A stretch of DNA of 63,974 nucleotides, counting the filler. It is 7 parts of 7 records of this genome, joined end to end, with 100 filler letters (N's around TTAATTAATTAA, not from the genome) between each part and the next. Parts side by side here need not be neighbours in the genome. Positions count along the whole stretch, not along the records: positions 58,962 to 63,974 come from SRR31156797_29961; 6 more parts are not named here. One strand, given 5' to 3'. The first letter of the stretch is position 1. Each line of letters begins with the position of its first letter. The notes beneath the pieces are model-generated. The model saw nothing but the letters and a program-made list of their open reading frames with translations. It did not search any database and was not told the DNA's origin. A program made the position numbers and the translations under genes. Shown here in pieces: positions 62,987-63,974 of this stretch.

Positions 62987-63190
62987 ATCCGCTTCAGCTA
63001 TTTTTACTTGTATTTTCAAAATGTTACAAAACCATGCTATTTTTGTATTCTCACAGATTCCTTTCAATATGAAATATTGCATTTCAAATTAAAATAGCGT
63101 TAGAATTAGCAGCCAAAAAGGGATGGACGCTGATAAGTCCATCTTGATCCAAGAGGACCCGGCGAGTCCAAAATGATTACGGAGGCATTG

Positions 63191-63974
63191 ATGCTCGCTG
63201 AAGATCTGCGCCCCTGGGAAATATTCAGCCTGGAACCGCAAACAGGCTTTCCTCTTGTGGGCGTTTCAAGAGTTTTTATTTTAGGAGCTTCTTCCCTGGC
63301 CCGGTTGGAAGAAGATTTAATTCGCAGTGTTGGCTGGGAAAAGGTATCGGTGATCTTTTACCGGTTCGGGTACGAGGCAGGCTTGGCCATGGCCATGGCC
63401 GTAGCGGACATATATGAGTTCGAAAGCCCTGAAGAATGGCTGCGGGCGAGCAGCGTCATGATTTCCAGGTCCGGAGCGGCTATAGTGGAATTTGAGGACA
63501 TAGACCTGGATGCAGAGAATAAGAATTTGCGTTTTAGCGGTAAATGGAAAAATTCCCTGGGCGCCCCGAACAGGCATGAAGAACTTTTGAATGGTGAAAA
63601 TCCATTTTGCACAATTTTGGCCGGAATCGCCAGCGGCTATGCCAGTGGAGTTATCGGAACCGAAGTAATGGTCAAGGAAACATCCTGCACGGCCGGAGGG
63701 AACAGGTATTGTTCATTTGAAGGACGAAGCATGTCAGAGTGGGGACTTGAAAATACCAGTGTTCTTGGGATAACAACAGTCATATCTCTGGATGATGAAA
63801 TAGACCGCCTTAAGGAAAAGTTTAATCGGGCCAAAAAGGACCTGGCTTTAAAGAACGATGAATTAAGGCGACTCAGACAACACTCGATGAAACCTGATAA
63901 AAGCAGCATCTTGGTTTATAGAAGCGCGGCCATGGTGCAATTAATATTGATGTCGGCCAAAGTGGCCCCAACGG
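63191..63974 (+). CDS. XylR/DmpR-type sigma54-dependent activator (XylR-N + V4R), 3' truncated
   Basis: Manual translation after GGAGG: MLAEDLRP...RFGYEAG...FCTILAGIASGYASG...KETSCTAGGNRYCSFEGR, coiled coil, then YRSAAM...KVAPT leading into the AAA+ domain. Confidence 0.88.
   Translation, partial: MLAEDLRPWEIFSLEPQTGFPLVGVSRVFILGASSLARLEEDLIRSVGWEKVSVIFYRFGYEAGLAMAMAVADIYEFESPEEWLRASSVMISRSGAAIVEFEDIDLDAENKNLRFSGKWKNSLGAPNRHEELLNGENPFCTILAGIASGYASGVIGTEVMVKETSCTAGGNRYCSFEGRSMSEWGLENTSVLGITTVISLDDEIDRLKEKFNRAKKDLALKNDELRRLRQHSMKPDKSSILVYRSAAMVQLILMSAKVAPT

Noticed and set aside
1-63974. CRISPR arrays, rRNA, tRNA, transposases, integrases
   Set aside because: None recognised by eye; a covariance-model scan would be needed to exclude small RNAs.

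Overview
This window is not one locus. It is seven unrelated contigs joined by 100-nt artificial spacers (Ns around TTAATTAATTAA). (1) 1-6036: a fused Fe-S flavoprotein/FAD oxidoreductase pair of the sarcosine oxidase/proline dehydrogenase type, upp, and acidic surface proteins, one with EGF and split C-type lectin domains. (2) 6137-12915: AT-rich gltBD and partial cysQ. (3) 13016-21324: AT-rich, Fusobacteriota-like, with an MCP, flgG-flgA, rsmH-ftsL, rlmD-plsY-gpsA and the start of a sigma-70 gene. (4) 21425-33710: Bacteroidota, with T9SS cargo, an MbnP plus two MbnH-like diheme enzymes, a flavinylated membrane protein next to a flavin reductase-nitroreductase fusion, and a FISUMP protein. 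(5) 33811-52008: Desulfovibrionaceae-like, with a Fur-boxed feo operon and a legionaminic acid cluster that lacks LegH but continues into a DltA-like adenylation enzyme and an ACP-AAC(3) acyltransferase fusion. (6) 52109-58861: deltaproteobacterial, with a Phd-VapC pair, a sigma54-driven MCP with a four-repeat sensor, DUF134/DUF5320 genes and an HExxH peptidase. (7) 58962-63974: M20 hydrolase, TPR lipoprotein, and a XylR/V4R sigma54 activator divergent from an apparently non-coding sigma54 transcript. The best leads are the thiotemplated (A domain/ACP-AAC(3)) N-acylation module on the legionaminic acid pathway, the candidate sigma54-dependent sRNA, the MbnP-T9SS/double-MbnH operon and the domain-inserted C-type lectin. 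Taxonomic labels are inferred from protein style and gene content, not from searches.
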